Shown here one piece after another: positions 22,530 to 34,414 of a stretch of DNA of 64,000 nucleotides. Origin of the DNA: Cyanophora paradoxa CCMP329 (Eukaryota > Plantae > Glaucophyta); the NCBI GenBank assembly GCA_004431415.1, contig QPMI01000409.1:186001-250000 (forward strand), given 5' to 3'. The translations under genes were made by a program, and so were the position numbers. Position 1 is the stretch's first letter; each line of letters begins with the position of its first letter. The notes below the pieces were generated by a model. It did no database searches. It was not told where the DNA came from and saw nothing but the letters and a program-made list of their open reading frames with translations.

Positions 22530-25500
22530 ATGACGGACGGGGAGCTATGCCCGCGCCTTCAGCTGGTGTATGTTGTCAAGGAGTCGTCATTGGCGACTCT
22601 CGTGAATCGTCTGTCGATGTATGAGGCCGTCAGGGTCCGCCTATACGAGGTGTGCACTTTCCGGCTTTCGTCCCGCTGTTCGCAAGACCAAGACTCGCCT
22701 CTGTCGTTCACGCAGCATGGCTTCGTTCCGAAGACTTGCGTGCCGGTGCTGTGTGCGGGCCTGAAGCAGGCGACGATCCGGTCGTTGGAGCTGGAGTTGG
22801 GTCAGGCAGCGCTGACGGCGGAGATAGCAGCGGCGATTGCTGAAATGCCAAAGCTTGTGTTTTTAAGGTTCGCAGTGCCTGTGTGCTCTGCACGTCGCGC
22901 GAGTCGAGGATCATTCTCACTCCGCTAGCAGGATAGAAGAAGCTATGGTGGAAGCGAGAGACCTGGCTGCTGCTCTTCGCTCTACTTCAATTCGCAGGCT
23001 CACTGTATCCAAGATCGCGCTTAATCCAGAGGACCTCGAGGTTCGAAAAACGTGTCCTCATGTTTACGAATTCATCTTGACCCCGGTCGCTCGTAATCAG
23101 GACCTGCTGAGGGTTCTGCGAGCCGGCAACTTGGAGTCCTTGTCTTTATTAAATCTGGAGATTGGGAACAGCGCAGCCAGGAGACGCACTCTCGACGCTT
23201 CAAGCCGCGATCTGGGGAGCATTTTGGACGCGTGCTCCGGCGTGCGCCAGCTATTCGTTAACCAGACCAAGCTCTCGGGTGCGTGAACGCGATCGACCCC
23301 GCACCCAATCCTTATGACCATTTACGTCGCGGCTCATTTCGTCAACGTGCTGCGCAGACGAAAACGTCGAGAAGCTGTGCGAAGCTATAACTCGGCGCGG
23401 CAGTCGCTTAACCGAAGTCTCGCTGTCGTGCGCTCTTCCGATTGTAAATCGCGTGCTGTCTAATCGAGGATCGCAGGGCGACAAACTTGAGCGCCGACGC
23501 GGTGGCGATGCTGGAATCAGTGCGGGCGCCGTCCCTGACTTCGCTTCGTGTGGACACGCGCATCTTCGTGGACCGGCCGGCCCCGCGTTCGCCGCAGCGG
23601 TCGCCGCCGCGCTCGCCCGAATCGGACCAGAATGCCCCGCGCCGCGGCGGCTTCAAGCGCGCCCGCACCCTCTCGACCGGTCCGGGCCCCTTGGCTCCCC
23701 GCCCAGCGGTGCTCGAGCTGACATCTTCTGGGTGGCAGGAGATGGGGCGGAGGCGTCGTCCCGGGGTCGCAGGGCGGCGCGGACGGGCCGGGGTCGGGGC
23801 GGGGCGCACGGCGGGGTCTCGCGGGAGGCGGGCGGGAGCGACGGGGAGGGCAGCGCGGCGTCCTCGGAGCTGGATCTCCACGAGCCGGAGCCGACGAAGG
23901 AGCCCGAGGAGGCGCCGCCCGCCGGCGAGCACGCAGAGGGAGAGCCGCCGGCGGCGGCGGCGGCGGCGGAGCCGCACGCCGAGGCCGAGGCGCACAAGGC
24001 CGACGAGGCTGGCAGCGCCGACGAGGAGGCCCCCGCCGATCCGCGCGAGTCGGCCTCGTCCTCCGGCCGCGGCCGTGGCCGTGGGCGCGGACGGCCCCGC
24101 GGGCGGCCCGCGGGCGGCCCCGCGGGAGCGGCCGGGGCGGGACGGCGAGGTCGCACGAGGGCGGCGGCGAGTCCGATGAAGGCGGCAGCGGCAGCGGCAG
24201 CGAGGCGGGGCAGGCCTCGCGGGGCCGGGGCCGCGGCCGCGGCCGCGGGCGCGGGAGCGGGAGGAGGCCGGCGAGCGAGTCAGGCGAGGGCAGCGCGGCC
24301 GAGGAAGAGTCCGCCAAGGAGAAGGAGGCAACGCCGGGCCGGCCGGGGCGGGGCCGCGGCCGCGGCTGGCGGAAGGGCATCCTCGGGCGGCACGGCGAGC
24401 GCTCCAGCGCCCCGACGGAGGCCAAGGACGGCGAAGAGAGCGGCGGGAGCGATGCCAGCGACAGCACCGGCGAGAAGAGCCCGTCGACGATGCGGCGAGA
24501 GGCACGGGAGCGACGCGGCCGGGGCCGTGGCCGTGGCCGTGGGCGCGGGCGCGGGCGGGGCGCGGCGGCGCGCGAGTCTCGCGGGGAGTCGGAGGGAGGA
24601 GAGTCGGAGGAGGAGGGGGAGGAGGAGGGGGCCGGCGGGAGCGGCGGGAGCGCGGGGGAGGAGGAGACCAAGAAGCCGACCTCCAAGAAGATGATCCGCG
24701 AGCGCGCCCGGCTCCTGTGCGCGAGCCGAGGCGCCCCCCGGACCCCCCGTCCTCGCCCCCTGACGCCCCTCGCAGCGAGGAGGCGGAGGCGGCGAGGGCG
24801 CGCAAGACAGTGGTCCGGGGCCGGCCGCGGGGGCGTCCGCGCGGGCGCGGCCGGCTCTCGCGGGGCGTCGCGGCGTCGACCGCAGCGGCAGCGGCGAGCG
24901 GAGCGGAGGGGCGCGGGCAGGCGTGGGGCCTGCGCGGCTGGGCGTTGAGCCGGGGCGGGGTGCGGGGCAGGGGGGCCGGGGCGCGGCGCGGCCCTCGGGG
25001 TCGGCCTCGGAGGCGGCGGAGGAGTCTGCGGCCTCGGAGGGCGAGCCCAAGGCCGCCGGCAAGGCCCTCGCCCGCTCCGTTCTCCGCCGCGCCCTCTCCC
25101 GCGGGCGCGGCGCCCGCCCCATCTCCCTCCCCGTCGGTTCCAGCCGCCTCCGCGCCCGCCCCGACAAAGCGGCGGCGCGCGCTGGGCGCCCTCTGCGCAG
25201 CCGCCCTAGCGCGGCTCAGGTGCCTAGCCGCCACCTCGCGCCGCCCTCGCCACCCCGCTGAGCGCCGCCCAGCAGGAGCCCGGCACGGGGACGAGGAGGA
25301 GGCGGAGGCGGGCGCGCACGAGGCGGCGGACGGCGCGGCCGAGGACGTGGCCGACGAGGCGGCGCGCGTGCGCGGGCGTCCCCGCGGGCGGCCGCGCGGG
25401 AGCGGGCGCGGCGGGCGCGGGCGCGGCCCCGCGTTGGCTGCGGCGGCGTCGCCATCGGAGTCGGCGGAGGGGTCCGGCGGGGAACCAGCGCCCGGGGAGA

Positions 25501-25628
25501 TGGAGGCGGCCGGCCCCGCCGCCCCGAAGCAAGAGGGCGAGGATGCCGCCTCGCCGGGGACCAAGCCCCGCGTCGCCGCCTCCTCGCGCGCCGAGCACCT
25601 CGCCAAGCTCGCCCGCGCCGCCGCCGAG

Positions 25629-25659
<31 letters not shown>

Positions 25660-28600
25660 GCCGCGGGCGCGGGGCGGCGAGGGCCCCGGCGAGGGCTTGG
25701 AGGGGAGCGATGAAGGGGAGGAGGAGGGTGCGGAGGGCGAGGAGGGCGCCCACGCCGAGCACGGCTCCGGCGAGGAGGCGGCCGAGGCTCCGTCCCGGGC
25801 GCGCGGCGCCGGCAGGCCCCGCGGCCGTCCCCGCGGCCGTCCCCGCGGCTCCCGGCGCGGCGCCGTCGCCGGTCGGGAGGCGGCGCGGAAGCGGGCGCGG
25901 GGCGAGGAACACGAGGCGAGCGGAAGCGAGGAGGGGGAGGAGGAGGAGGAGGAGGAGGAGGAGGAGGAGGAGGAGGAGGCGCGGGGGATGCACGCGCTCG
26001 AGCACAAGCGCGCGAAGCTGCAGGAGAAGCTGCACAGGCGCGCGGGCCCCCCGGGACGCCACGCCGGCCCTCCTCGCGCCGGGGCGCCGCTGACAGGGCG
26101 GCAGGGCGAAGAACGACGGGGAGCGGTTCTCCCTGAAGCGCAAGCTCCGCCTCGTGACGGCAGAGATGCGCGGCCTCGGCTGGACCGAGGCCCCCGAGGC
26201 CCTCGCCCCCGCCTCCGCCTCGGCCCCGGCCCCCGCCGACCTGGCGTCGGCCACGGGGGAGGGCGTGGGGGGGCCCTCGCCGCCACCCCCGCCGGCCTCG
26301 TCAGAGGCCCTGGCGGAGGCCCCCACTCTCGCGAAGGAGGAGGCGGGCGACAAGGAGACGGGTGCCTCCTCGGTGGGGGCGGGAGGGGCGGGGGGGCGAG
26401 GGGGCCTGAGGCGGGGCGCGGGGGCAGAGAAAGCGCTGGACCGGCACGCGGCCGCCATGCTCGCCATCGACCGCGACAGGATGGAGGACGAGGCGCGCCC
26501 GCCCCGGCCCCCAGCCCCGTCCCGCCCCGCTCAGCCCACCCCGCCCCGCCCCACCCGCAGGAGATCGAAGACATCGTCGCTGACGACGACGACGACGACG
26601 ACGCGAGCGTTTCCGGGCCGGTCCGCCCGATGCTTTTGTCGTTGTTGCTCTTGCTGTCGCTGCCCGCTTTGCGCGGGGCGGCAAGCTGACCGGCCGGCGC
26701 CGACAGCTGCGCCGCTCGTCGCCGTCGCGGGGACTCGGCATCTTCGGCGATGACGACGACGACGACGAGGAGGAAGAGGAAGAGGACGTCGACGCGTGCG
26801 CTCCCTCGCGCCTCGCCTCGCCCCGCCCCGCCGCCGGCTGACAAGCGGCGGCGATGCGTTGCGGCAGGTGGCGCCCGGGGGGGCGGCGCGAGCCCGGGCG
26901 GCCGCGGCGGACGGCGCCGCCGCGCATGGTTAGCGCGTCGCCCGACGTGGACGCCGGCGGGGTCGGAGAGGACGACGACGAGGACGGCGAGGACGGTGCC
27001 GCGCAGCCGTGGCGCCGCCCCGCGGCGCCCGCCGCGGCGGAGGGCCCGAGGAGCGCGGCCGCGGCCGCAAGCGGGGCCGCTCCGCGGCGGCACGGAACCA
27101 GCTGGAGCGTGAGCAGAAGCGGCTCGAGTCAGCGCTGACGGAGCGGCCCACCTCGCGCCGCTCGGCCGCTTCTGGCGGCGAGTCCCGCGGCTCCGGGAAG
27201 CGCCAGGCGGGGCAGCCGGGGCGCAAGCGGGGCCGGCCGGCGGGGCGGCGGAGCGGGCCGGGGCGGGCCGAGCTCTCGGCCGCCGAGCCGCGCGTCGAGT
27301 CCGAGGAGGAGGACGACGCGGCCGTGAGCCCCGCCCCGCTCCCCGCTCCCCGCTCGGCTCCCGGTCCTCCCGCCGGCTCTGACTTGCGCCGGCCGGCGCG
27401 AGCGCAGGCGATCTCGGAGGAGGGCGGGGAGGGAGAGGGGCCGGCAAGCGGCGGCGGCGGCGGCCGCCGGGCCGCTTCGCCGAGTTCGTCGAGGGCGGCG
27501 AGGGGGCGGGGGAGGGGGCGGCGCGCCGGGGCGCCTCGGGGGGCGAGGAGCCGTCGGAGCCCGCCCTCCTTGTCAAGGAGGAGGAAGGGGCGCCGCCCCC
27601 GGAGGCCCCTCCGCCCCGGGCCCCGCCGCCGCGGTCGGCAGCAGGGCGCCCGGGGCCGCGGCGCCGGCCGCGGCGCCCGGGGCGGCGCCGGAGGAGCCGA
27701 CACCGGCATCTCGCGCCTGACGGCCGCCGCGCGCATCGCGACTGTGCCCGGGGCCGGCGAGGCGGCCGCGCGGGCGGGCCAGGGCCAGGGCCCGGGCCCG
27801 GGCGCACTCCCGCAGATGCCGCCCTCGCCTGGACTGGACCGCAAGCCGTCGTTCGGCCCGCTGCCGCCCCGCCCTCCTTCCCGGGCCCCCGCCAGGCTCC
27901 TGGGACTGGCGGCAGGGGCGCCCCCGCTCTTCCCGCCCCGCCGGGCTCCTTCCCGCCCCGGGGCGCATGGAGCAGCACGCGTTCGGGCCGCACGGGCCCC
28001 CGCCCGGGCCCTTCGGCGGCTGGGCGCCCCGCCCCCCAGCACCACCCCGGCCCCCGTTCGGCCTCCCCGGCGGCGGCGGCCCGCCGGAGTGGCGCCCGCC
28101 GACCTTCGGTCCGCAGCACGCCTTCGGCCCGCCCCCGGCGTGCCCCACCCCGGAGCCGGCCACCCCGGCGGGCCCGGCCACCCGGGCGGGCCCGGGCACC
28201 CCGGCGGGCCCGGGCACCCGGGCGGCGAGTTCCACCCGCCGCCGTACCCCTTCCCGGGCATGGGGCCGCTTCCCGGCCACGTGCAGGGGCCGCCGCCGGG
28301 GCACCAGCAGGGGCCTCCGGGCCACCAGCTGCCGCCGCCGGGGCAGCACCTGCAGGGCCCGCCCCGCCGCCGGGCCCGCAGCACGGGCACCCGCAGGGCC
28401 CGCCCCGGGCCTCCCGCCGGGCGCGCCGCCGCTGCCGGGCATGCAGCAGGGGGCGCCCCCGGCATGCCCCCGGGCCCCCGCCGGGGATGGCCCAGGGCCC
28501 GCCGCCGGGGCACCTCCTCGGGCTGCCGCCGCACCACCTGCAGCAGGGGCCCCTGCCCAGCATGCTGCAGCAGGGCCTGCCGCCCGCCGCCATGCATCGC

Positions 28601-29023
28601 ATGCCGGGGCCGCCGGGCATGCCGCCCCCGCAGTCAGCCTTCGAGCAGCTGCGCGCGCTTCCCTTCGTGCGCGGCCGCCCCCGCCCTCCCCCCTCGGCGC
28701 TCTCTAACGAGGCTCGCGCGCGCGCAGCCGCCGCTGGCGCCGGCGTACGCCGGCCCCAACGGGCAGCCGCTCTCGCTCCCGTCGATCGCAAGCATCGCGC
28801 CGCCGCCGCCGCCGCCTCAGAGCGGGCGCTCCGTCCGTCCGCTGGCGATGCGACAGCCGCCCAGCCCGCCGCTGCTGCGCACGGCAAACACGTCGGTCGC
28901 GCCGTTCGGCAACGACGCGCCGCCCTCGTCCAAGAGCGGGCGCAGTGCGCAGCGCCCCGCGGGACGCCGGCGCGCCGCTGACGACGTCGCGGCAGACGCG
29001 GCCTCCTCACGCGACAACCGCGC

Positions 29024-29062
<39 letters not shown>

Positions 29063-29829
29063 GGCGCCGGCGAGCCGCGCGCAGAACCTGCCCAGCGCCC
29101 CGACCCGCAACCAGCCGCAGGGCCCGCGCCCCTCCGCGCCGCCCCCGCCCCGCCCCCGCCACCGCCACCGCCACCGCCACCTCCCCCGCCACCTCCCCCG
29201 CCCCGGCCCCGCCTGTCGCCCCAGCGGCTGGGGCGGCGGGCGCTGGGCCGCCGGCGGAGGCGGCGGCAGCAGCGAGGGCGGCGGACGGCGGGCAGGGGTC
29301 GGTGCAGATCGTGCACGGGGAGCTGCGGCAGCCGCCCGAGGGCTTCGCCTACATCTGGCTGAAGCTGCTGGGGGACGGGCCGGCGGCGCAGCCGGTGGCG
29401 GTGGAGTGCATGCTGACGGGGGGCATGCCGGACCTGCTCCGCCGCGCCCGCGAGGTCTTCTCCGTCGACTGCTTCGAGATCTGGTCCTCGGCCTTCTCCC
29501 ACATCCAGCGCTTCGAGGAGATCCAGTTCAACTCGCGCGCCATCTACTACGCCGTGCCCCGCCAGGGCTCCTCCTCCGCCTCCGCCCCCGCCTCGGGCGG
29601 CCTCGGGGCCGGCGCCGGGGGCGGCCCCTCCTCCGGGAGCACGTCGCCGCAGCCGGCGTCGCTGGCGGGCCTCGGGCCGAACGGCCCCGTCGTGGAAGGC
29701 GCGGCCCCGCTGCTGCTGCGCCCCGCCGGCGACCCCTGACGCCGCACGCCCGCAGGCTCCAACCGCCACGCCCCCGAGCGCCCCGCGCAGCTCCTCACCG
29801 CCAACGTGCCCCAGCGCGCCCAGCACTGA
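22530..29829 (+). CDS. Large multi-exon protein: N-terminal RNI-like LRR region, many AT-hooks, acidic/Pro/Gln tracts and a small C-terminal globular domain (may be two genes)
   Basis: LRR-like IRSLELEL, IRRLTVS, LESLSLLNLEIG, VRQLFVNQTKLS; repeated RGRPRGRP motifs (e.g. ~24085, 24820, 25370, 25815); C-terminal FAYIWLKL...DLLRRAREVF...AIYYAVP. Confidence 0.6.
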
Positions 29830-30121
29830 GCCCCCGTCCCACGATGAGCGCGTTCTGTAGATAGAGACACCCGAGTCCGCACATGAGCTCTCTTCCCGAC
29901 CCGTGCCGCGCGGGCGCCGCAGAAGGCCCAACGCCGACGCAGATAGATTTTTGCTCCTTTTCACATTCGTCGCTCGAGTATCGCAGGGCAGTATCGCAGG
30001 ACAGTGACGTCTGCTATGGCAGTGCCGTTTAGGCAGTTTGACCTTCGATTTTTGTATCTAGAAAAGCTCCCGTTGCACTTCGCGATAGATCATCGGATAT
30101 CAATAGCATGCAAGCAGACTT

Positions 30122-31264
30122 TTAATCGCTACGAGAGAACCACAAAGCAGCGCGTGAGGGGGTGGGCGTCAACGTGCCAGGCCCGCCGCCGGGCCAGCGC
30201 GCCGGCGCCGGCGGCCAAGCCTCGCGGGGGGATGGAGCTCGAGGCGGCGCCTGCAGCTGCGCCAGGCGCGGGCGGCCTTCTCCCCGCCGGGGGCCTCTCC
30301 GGCGGCCTGTGCCGCCGGCCCCGCCACCCGCGCGCGCGGGGAGTGCTCCGGCCGGATGCTGCCCGGCGGGCTCCCCTTGGGCGGGCGAGCCAGCGGAGGG
30401 GGGCGGCGGGGGAGGGGGACAGGAAGGCGGGCCCCCCGCGCGGCGGGCGTGCCAGGCGGGAGAGGCGGCGAAGGCGGGGGCGCGGGCGGGGGCGGCGGGG
30501 GGGGCGCGGGAGCCGGAGAGCGGGTGGGCGCTGCGCCTGAAGATGAAGTCGAAGTAGGCCTGGCGGGTGTGGCCCACGAAGCCTGTGGCGAGCCAGCAGA
30601 CGCTCCGCAGCGCGTCCTTCAGCACCTGCGCGCCCCGTCAGCGGCGCGGGGGGGCGGGGCGGGGCGGGGGCGGGGGGCGGGGACCTTGCGGCGGGGCTCG
30701 TTGGGGCGGGGGGTGGGGACGGGGAGGGGCGTGAGGGCGATGCCGCGGGAGCCGAAGACGAGGCGGGCGATGGTCGCGGCGCGCGCCATGTGGTCGCCCG
30801 TCGTCACGAGGAGCACGCGCCGCACGCCGAGCGCGCTGAACGTCTCCACCATCGTCGTGAAGTTCGTCAGCGTGTCGATGGCCCGGTAGTCCAGGAAGAC
30901 CCGCTCCGGCTCCACGCCCCGGTTCACGAAGACGCGGCACGCGTAGTGCGCCGGCGACCCCGACGAGACCCACACGGGCAGATCCGGACGCTCCCGCACG
31001 TAGAGCGCCGCGTAGGCCTCGCGGCTCTCCTCGCCGCCCAGGACGAAGACGGCCTCGCCGCGCGGGCTCACTCCCGACGGGCAGTACCACTCGGTCTCCG
31101 CCGGCGCGGGGAGCGCCGGGTCCCCCGCGAGCTGCCGCGTGCGGCAAGGCGCACAGCGAAGCGCGTACTCCATCCCGCGCTGGCCCGTGAGCTCCGCCAG
31201 CAAGGAATCCGATGATCGGAGCGTTGCGGGGCGTGTCCACGATCGGGCTACCAGATCGTCCCAC
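30122..31264 (-). CDS. YdcF/DUF218 family protein of cyanobacterial type; 5' end uncertain
   Basis: VFVLGGEESREAYAA...VWVSSGS...LDYRAIDTLTNFTTMV...VLLVTTGDHMARA...FGSRGI...EPRRK/VLKDALRSVCWLATG. Confidence 0.85.
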
Positions 31265-31668
31265 AGGCTGCGGCCAGAGCGGAAATCGTCTGTCAGCTGG
31301 ATCTACAGCAGACGCGCCTCTGCTGGCCCTCGCACCTAGAATCTGATCGATAGTCCGACCGGCCGCGCGCAGTCACGGGGCTACGTGAAGCTGCGAGGAG
31401 CGCTGCCGTCGAATGTCAGCAAGAACGGGGCATATACAGCCTCGGCGGGAGGCGAAACGCTCGCACCCGATCGCGCTTCGCTGCCGCCCGCAGGGAGGAG
31501 GCCGCACCGACCCGCGCAACAGCCTCTTATCGCTCGCTGACTGCGGCGCCGGCCAGCTCCGGTGAACCAGACCGGGGGGCGAGACCAGGAGACTAAGTCC
31601 GAGACTTGCGTGGGGGGGTATCGGCAGACCGTCTCGTCGGCGCGCGGTCTTGGTGGGCAGAATCCGCG

Positions 31669-33626
31669 ATGTTCGGGGGTCTAAGCCAGCTCGGCAAGAA
31701 GGTGCGCGAATCTCCACGCTCGTTTCGAGCCGCGCCGCGTTAGTACTCACAATCGCGCGCGGCTGGCGTGCAGCTCGCGGCCAACGTGCAGGAGGTCGCG
31801 AAGCAAGCAGCAAATGGCGCAGCGGTCGTGCAGCAAAAAGCCCAAGAGGCCGCACAAACTGCCGCGTTGAAAGCCAAAGAGAAGGCCGAGCAAGTGAAAG
31901 ACATCAAGATCTTCAAATCGACCTCTGCAGTACAAGACGATGGTAATTGGACCCCGCCGAACGGTCCGGCGATGCTGAGCGCTGATACGTCCTTCGCAGG
32001 AATTGACGCGCCTGAGGAGCCGCCCCCGCCCACTGGGCTCGCCAAGCTGAAGATGGAGGTGCAAGGGAGCTTCAAGAAGCTCAGCGACAAGGCGCTGGGT
32101 GATGTCGAGGGCGACACCACCGGGGGCAAGATGAAGAGTGCGCCTGGCGCGGACATCCAAAGCTGGCGGCTGACGCCATATGAAACAGATCTCATGCAGA
32201 ACGTCGCGGTCAAGGTCAAGAGCAAGATTGAGGTCGGCGTGCAGAAAGCCAAGGAGGAGTTTCTGTCGGGATCCAGCGACTCCACAGGCCGTGCGCATCC
32301 GCCGCTGCCCCGCACCGCACCACGCGCCCGCCTGATGCGCGCCGCAGTGATCCCCGGTCAGCCGCCGTGGGTGCCGACGACCGAGCTCGAGGTTGGGTAC
32401 GAGAACGTGCTTCGCCACCGCATCCTGGAGCTCTCCAAGGCGCGCCGCCTCCGCACCGCGATTCGATCCGCCTACCGGCGCTCGCTCACGGCGGGCGCAG
32501 GACCGGAACACGTTCACGACGGGGCCGCCCGACGACGACTCGTTCCCCTTCGAGCTCGAGGCGTACCTCCCGACGGTCCGCCGTCCAGGCCCCCCGCCGC
32601 CTCCGCCCGCCCCGCCCCGCCGGCGCCCCTGACCGCCCCCGGCAGGCCCTCGCGGCTCTCAAGGTCGACGCGACGCTCGACCGCATGCGCTTCCTCCTCG
32701 TACCCCGCAAGTGCGCCCCGCCCCGCGGCGCCGGCCGGCCGGCGGCCGCTGAGACCGCCCGCCAGGATCCAGGAGCCGCGCTTCTGGCGCAACTACTTCT
32801 TCCACGTGCTCCGCATGAAGCAGGTCGGCTGGGCAGCGCCCAGCGCCGCCGCGCCCGCCGCCGGCCCGGGCCGACGGGCGAGCAGGAGCTGATGGAGATC
32901 AAGCTGGGCCGCCGCCTGGACCCGGGCCTCTTCGACGTGCTCCTCCCTCGACCCCGGCTCGCTCCCCGCCGGCCCCTCCTCACCCGAGCGCCCGCAGCTC
33001 TCCAAGAGCTTCCTGCCCCCGGCCCCGGCCCCCGCCTCCCCTGTGCCCCCGTCTCCGGCCTCCGCCGCCCCCGTCACACCCTCCGCCCCCGCCGCTCGCC
33101 TCCCCACCCCCGCCCCCGCTTCCGCCCCCGCGCCCGGCCTCGCCAAGCCGGCCGCTTCCACCGTCCCCGCCGCGCCTTCCGCTTCTCCTTCGGGGGCCGC
33201 CCCCGCCCCCGCCGCCGCCCCCGCTTCCGCTCCCGCCCAGAAGGCCCGGCAGCCGCCCCGCCGCGCCGGCCCCGGCGCCGGCCGCGGCCCCCGCAGCAGC
33301 CCCTGCGGCGAAGCCGGCGCCAGCGGCGGCCGCGAAGCCGGCGGGCGCTGCCGCGCCGGCGGCGGCCGCGCCCGCGAAGCCGGCGGAGGACCTGAACATC
33401 GACGACGAGTTCGAGAAGTTCCTCGGTGCGCGCCCCGCCCCCGAGGCGACCGCTCTGAGCGGAGCCCGAGCGCGACGCCGAGCCCGTCCAGTCCCCCCAT
33501 CCATCTGTCTAGAGCCGCTCTGATCGAGGCGGGGCGGGGCGGGGCGCAGAGGAGGGCGGGGACGGGCTGCCGGAGGGCGGCGACGGGGCAGACCTCCTCA
33601 AGGACGAGGAGGAGCTCTTCTCGTAG
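31669..33626 (+). CDS. BSD domain protein (SYAP1-like), multi-exon
   Basis: Spliced PPWV...LRHRILELSK/DRNTFTTGPP...FELEAYLP/ALAALKVDATLDRMRFLLVPRK/IQEPRFWRNYFFHV; start MFGGLSQLGKK. Confidence 0.88.
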
Positions 33627-33927
33627 CCGCCCGCCCGCCCCGCCCCGCCCCGCCCGCCCCGGGCCTCGCGCCAGCTGCGCGGCGCCGGGCGGCCCAGGGG
33701 GCTCTCCTCCCCCCTCCTCCGCCCCTCCCCGCCGCCTGCCTCCCGGCCCGCACGCCGCCGCCCCCTCGCATCCCCCCGCAGCTTCCCGCCGCCCTTCTCT
33801 AGCTTGGCCCCCGCAGTTGGCCCCGCCCGGCCCCGCCCCCTCTCCGGGCTTGCGGGCCCGAACGTGTTAGCAGTGCAGTGCATCCGAACGAAAAGATCAA
33901 ACCGCAGTTACTTACATGCAGTCCTGT

Positions 33928-34374
33928 CTAGCTACCTATCGACCTGGCGGCTGCAGCTGTACAGAGGTCGGGAGGGCGCGGCGGCGCGTCGATCCGGCTG
34001 CCTGTCTCAGCGAGATCGAGAAGCCTCCAGCGTGGCTCACTCCTCGAGGGACTCGCCCCGGGGCGCCGCCTGCTCCCACATGTGCGCGGCCTGCGGGGAG
34101 GGAGCAGATCACGGGGCAGTCCAGTGAGTTGGCCGGCGGGGCGGGCAGTGAAGGAGGGGCGGAGGCGGGCCTTGCGGGCGTGGGAGGACATGGATGCGGC
34201 GTACTGGCCGGCGCAGGCGCGGAGGCGGCGGGCGGCCTCGCGGCGGGCGCGCGCCGCCTCGCCCCGCAGCCGCTCCGCGAAGACGGCGTAGCGCCGCATG
34301 GCCGCCGTCTCCTCCCGCCCCGCCGCATCCGCCGCCTCGTGCAGCTTCCGCTCCCACGTCACAAGGGGAGAGGA

Positions 34375-34414
<40 letters not shown>

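Noticed and set aside
25216-29964. 1582-aa minus-strand ORF (and 1019-aa ORF 23408-26467)
   Set aside because: Arg/Ala/Gly/Pro-rich shadow ORFs antisense to a spliced plus-strand gene; stop codons are rare at this GC content.
34377-34414. Long poly-G tracts (also ~8376-8440)
   Set aside because: Intronic homopolymers of unreliable length; no evidence of function.
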